Below, one piece after another: positions 55,963 through 56,201 of a DNA stretch of 56,201 nt; the first letter of the stretch is position 1; each line of letters opens with the position of its first letter. A program made the position numbers and the translations under genes. The notes beneath the pieces were generated by a model that worked only from the letters and a program-made list of their open reading frames with translations, did no database searches and was not told where the DNA came from. This stretch comes from a bacterium (GTDB lineage Bacteria > Hydrothermota > Tepidihabitantia > Tepidihabitantales > Tepidihabitantaceae), in assembly GCA_046485285.1 (NCBI GenBank), contig JAWOHE010000002.1, positions 1 to 56,201 on the forward strand, read 5' to 3'.

Positions 55963-56201
55963 TGGACTGCCCCGAATATTGTAGACACGCAGTTAGGCGT
56001 GGTTTCTCATCTGCTTCTCGTACTCGGCCGGGCTGATGTAGCCCAAGGCTGAGTGTCTTCGCTCACAATTATAGAACAGCTGCAGGTAGTTGCCAGCCTC
56101 CGTTAGTGCCTCCTCTCTCGTCTCGAAGCTGTGCCGGCGGACAAACTCGGCTTTGAAGGTCTTGATGAAGCTCTCCATCGGCGCATTGTCGAGCGGCGTC
56201 C
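55963..56201 (-). mobile_element. IS3-family insertion sequence, 3' end
   Basis: Terminal TGGACTGCCCCGAATATTGTAGACA (IS3-type TG end) just past the transposase stop; lower GC. Confidence 0.85.
55993..56199 (-). CDS. IS3-family transposase C-terminus (integrase core), partial
   Basis: DNAPMESFIKTFKAE...FYNCERRHSALGYISP. Confidence 0.92.
   Translation of the reverse strand, partial: TPLDNAPMESFIKTFKAEFVRRHSFETREEALTEAGNYLQLFYNCERRHSALGYISPAEYEKQMRNHA

Noticed and set aside
1-56201. High frequency of CTCGAG/GTCGAC
   Set aside because: Plausibly explained by Leu-Glu and Val-Asp codon pairs in high-GC genes; no count was possible to show excess.

Overview
High-GC bacterial chromosome window. 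The PKD/PQQ lipoproteins and an FlgD/T9SS-like C-terminal domain suggest an FCB-adjacent lineage such as WOR-3 (inference). It is mostly housekeeping and envelope genes: an arsenic/metal cluster (two ArsR, an unannotated Cys-rich mini-protein, ABC-2 exporter, acr3, arsC), a surface-glycosylation cluster (GT-C, GT2, NoeA/NoeB-like), an SSS symporter, four PKD-propeller lipoproteins, ileS-dksA-truA, parAB, cutA, ftsY-smc, an ECF/anti-sigma/Spy module, hsp20 and the end of an IS3-family element. The standout is at the left edge. A 137-aa ORF (513-926) aligns by eye, in register, with the rudivirus SIRV2 major capsid protein (Adnaviria, the A-form-DNA-wrapping fold known from archaeal filamentous viruses). 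It sits just downstream of a 14 x 12-bp G/C-run tandem array, and 12 bp is the DNA footprint of one SIRV-type capsid dimer. Other signals: a 27-bp palindromic element inserted in-frame into two proteins, pervasive leaderless promoters, an IleRS2 with a GVHH motif and an SMC with altered ATPase motifs. All family calls come from motif recognition; no searches were run.
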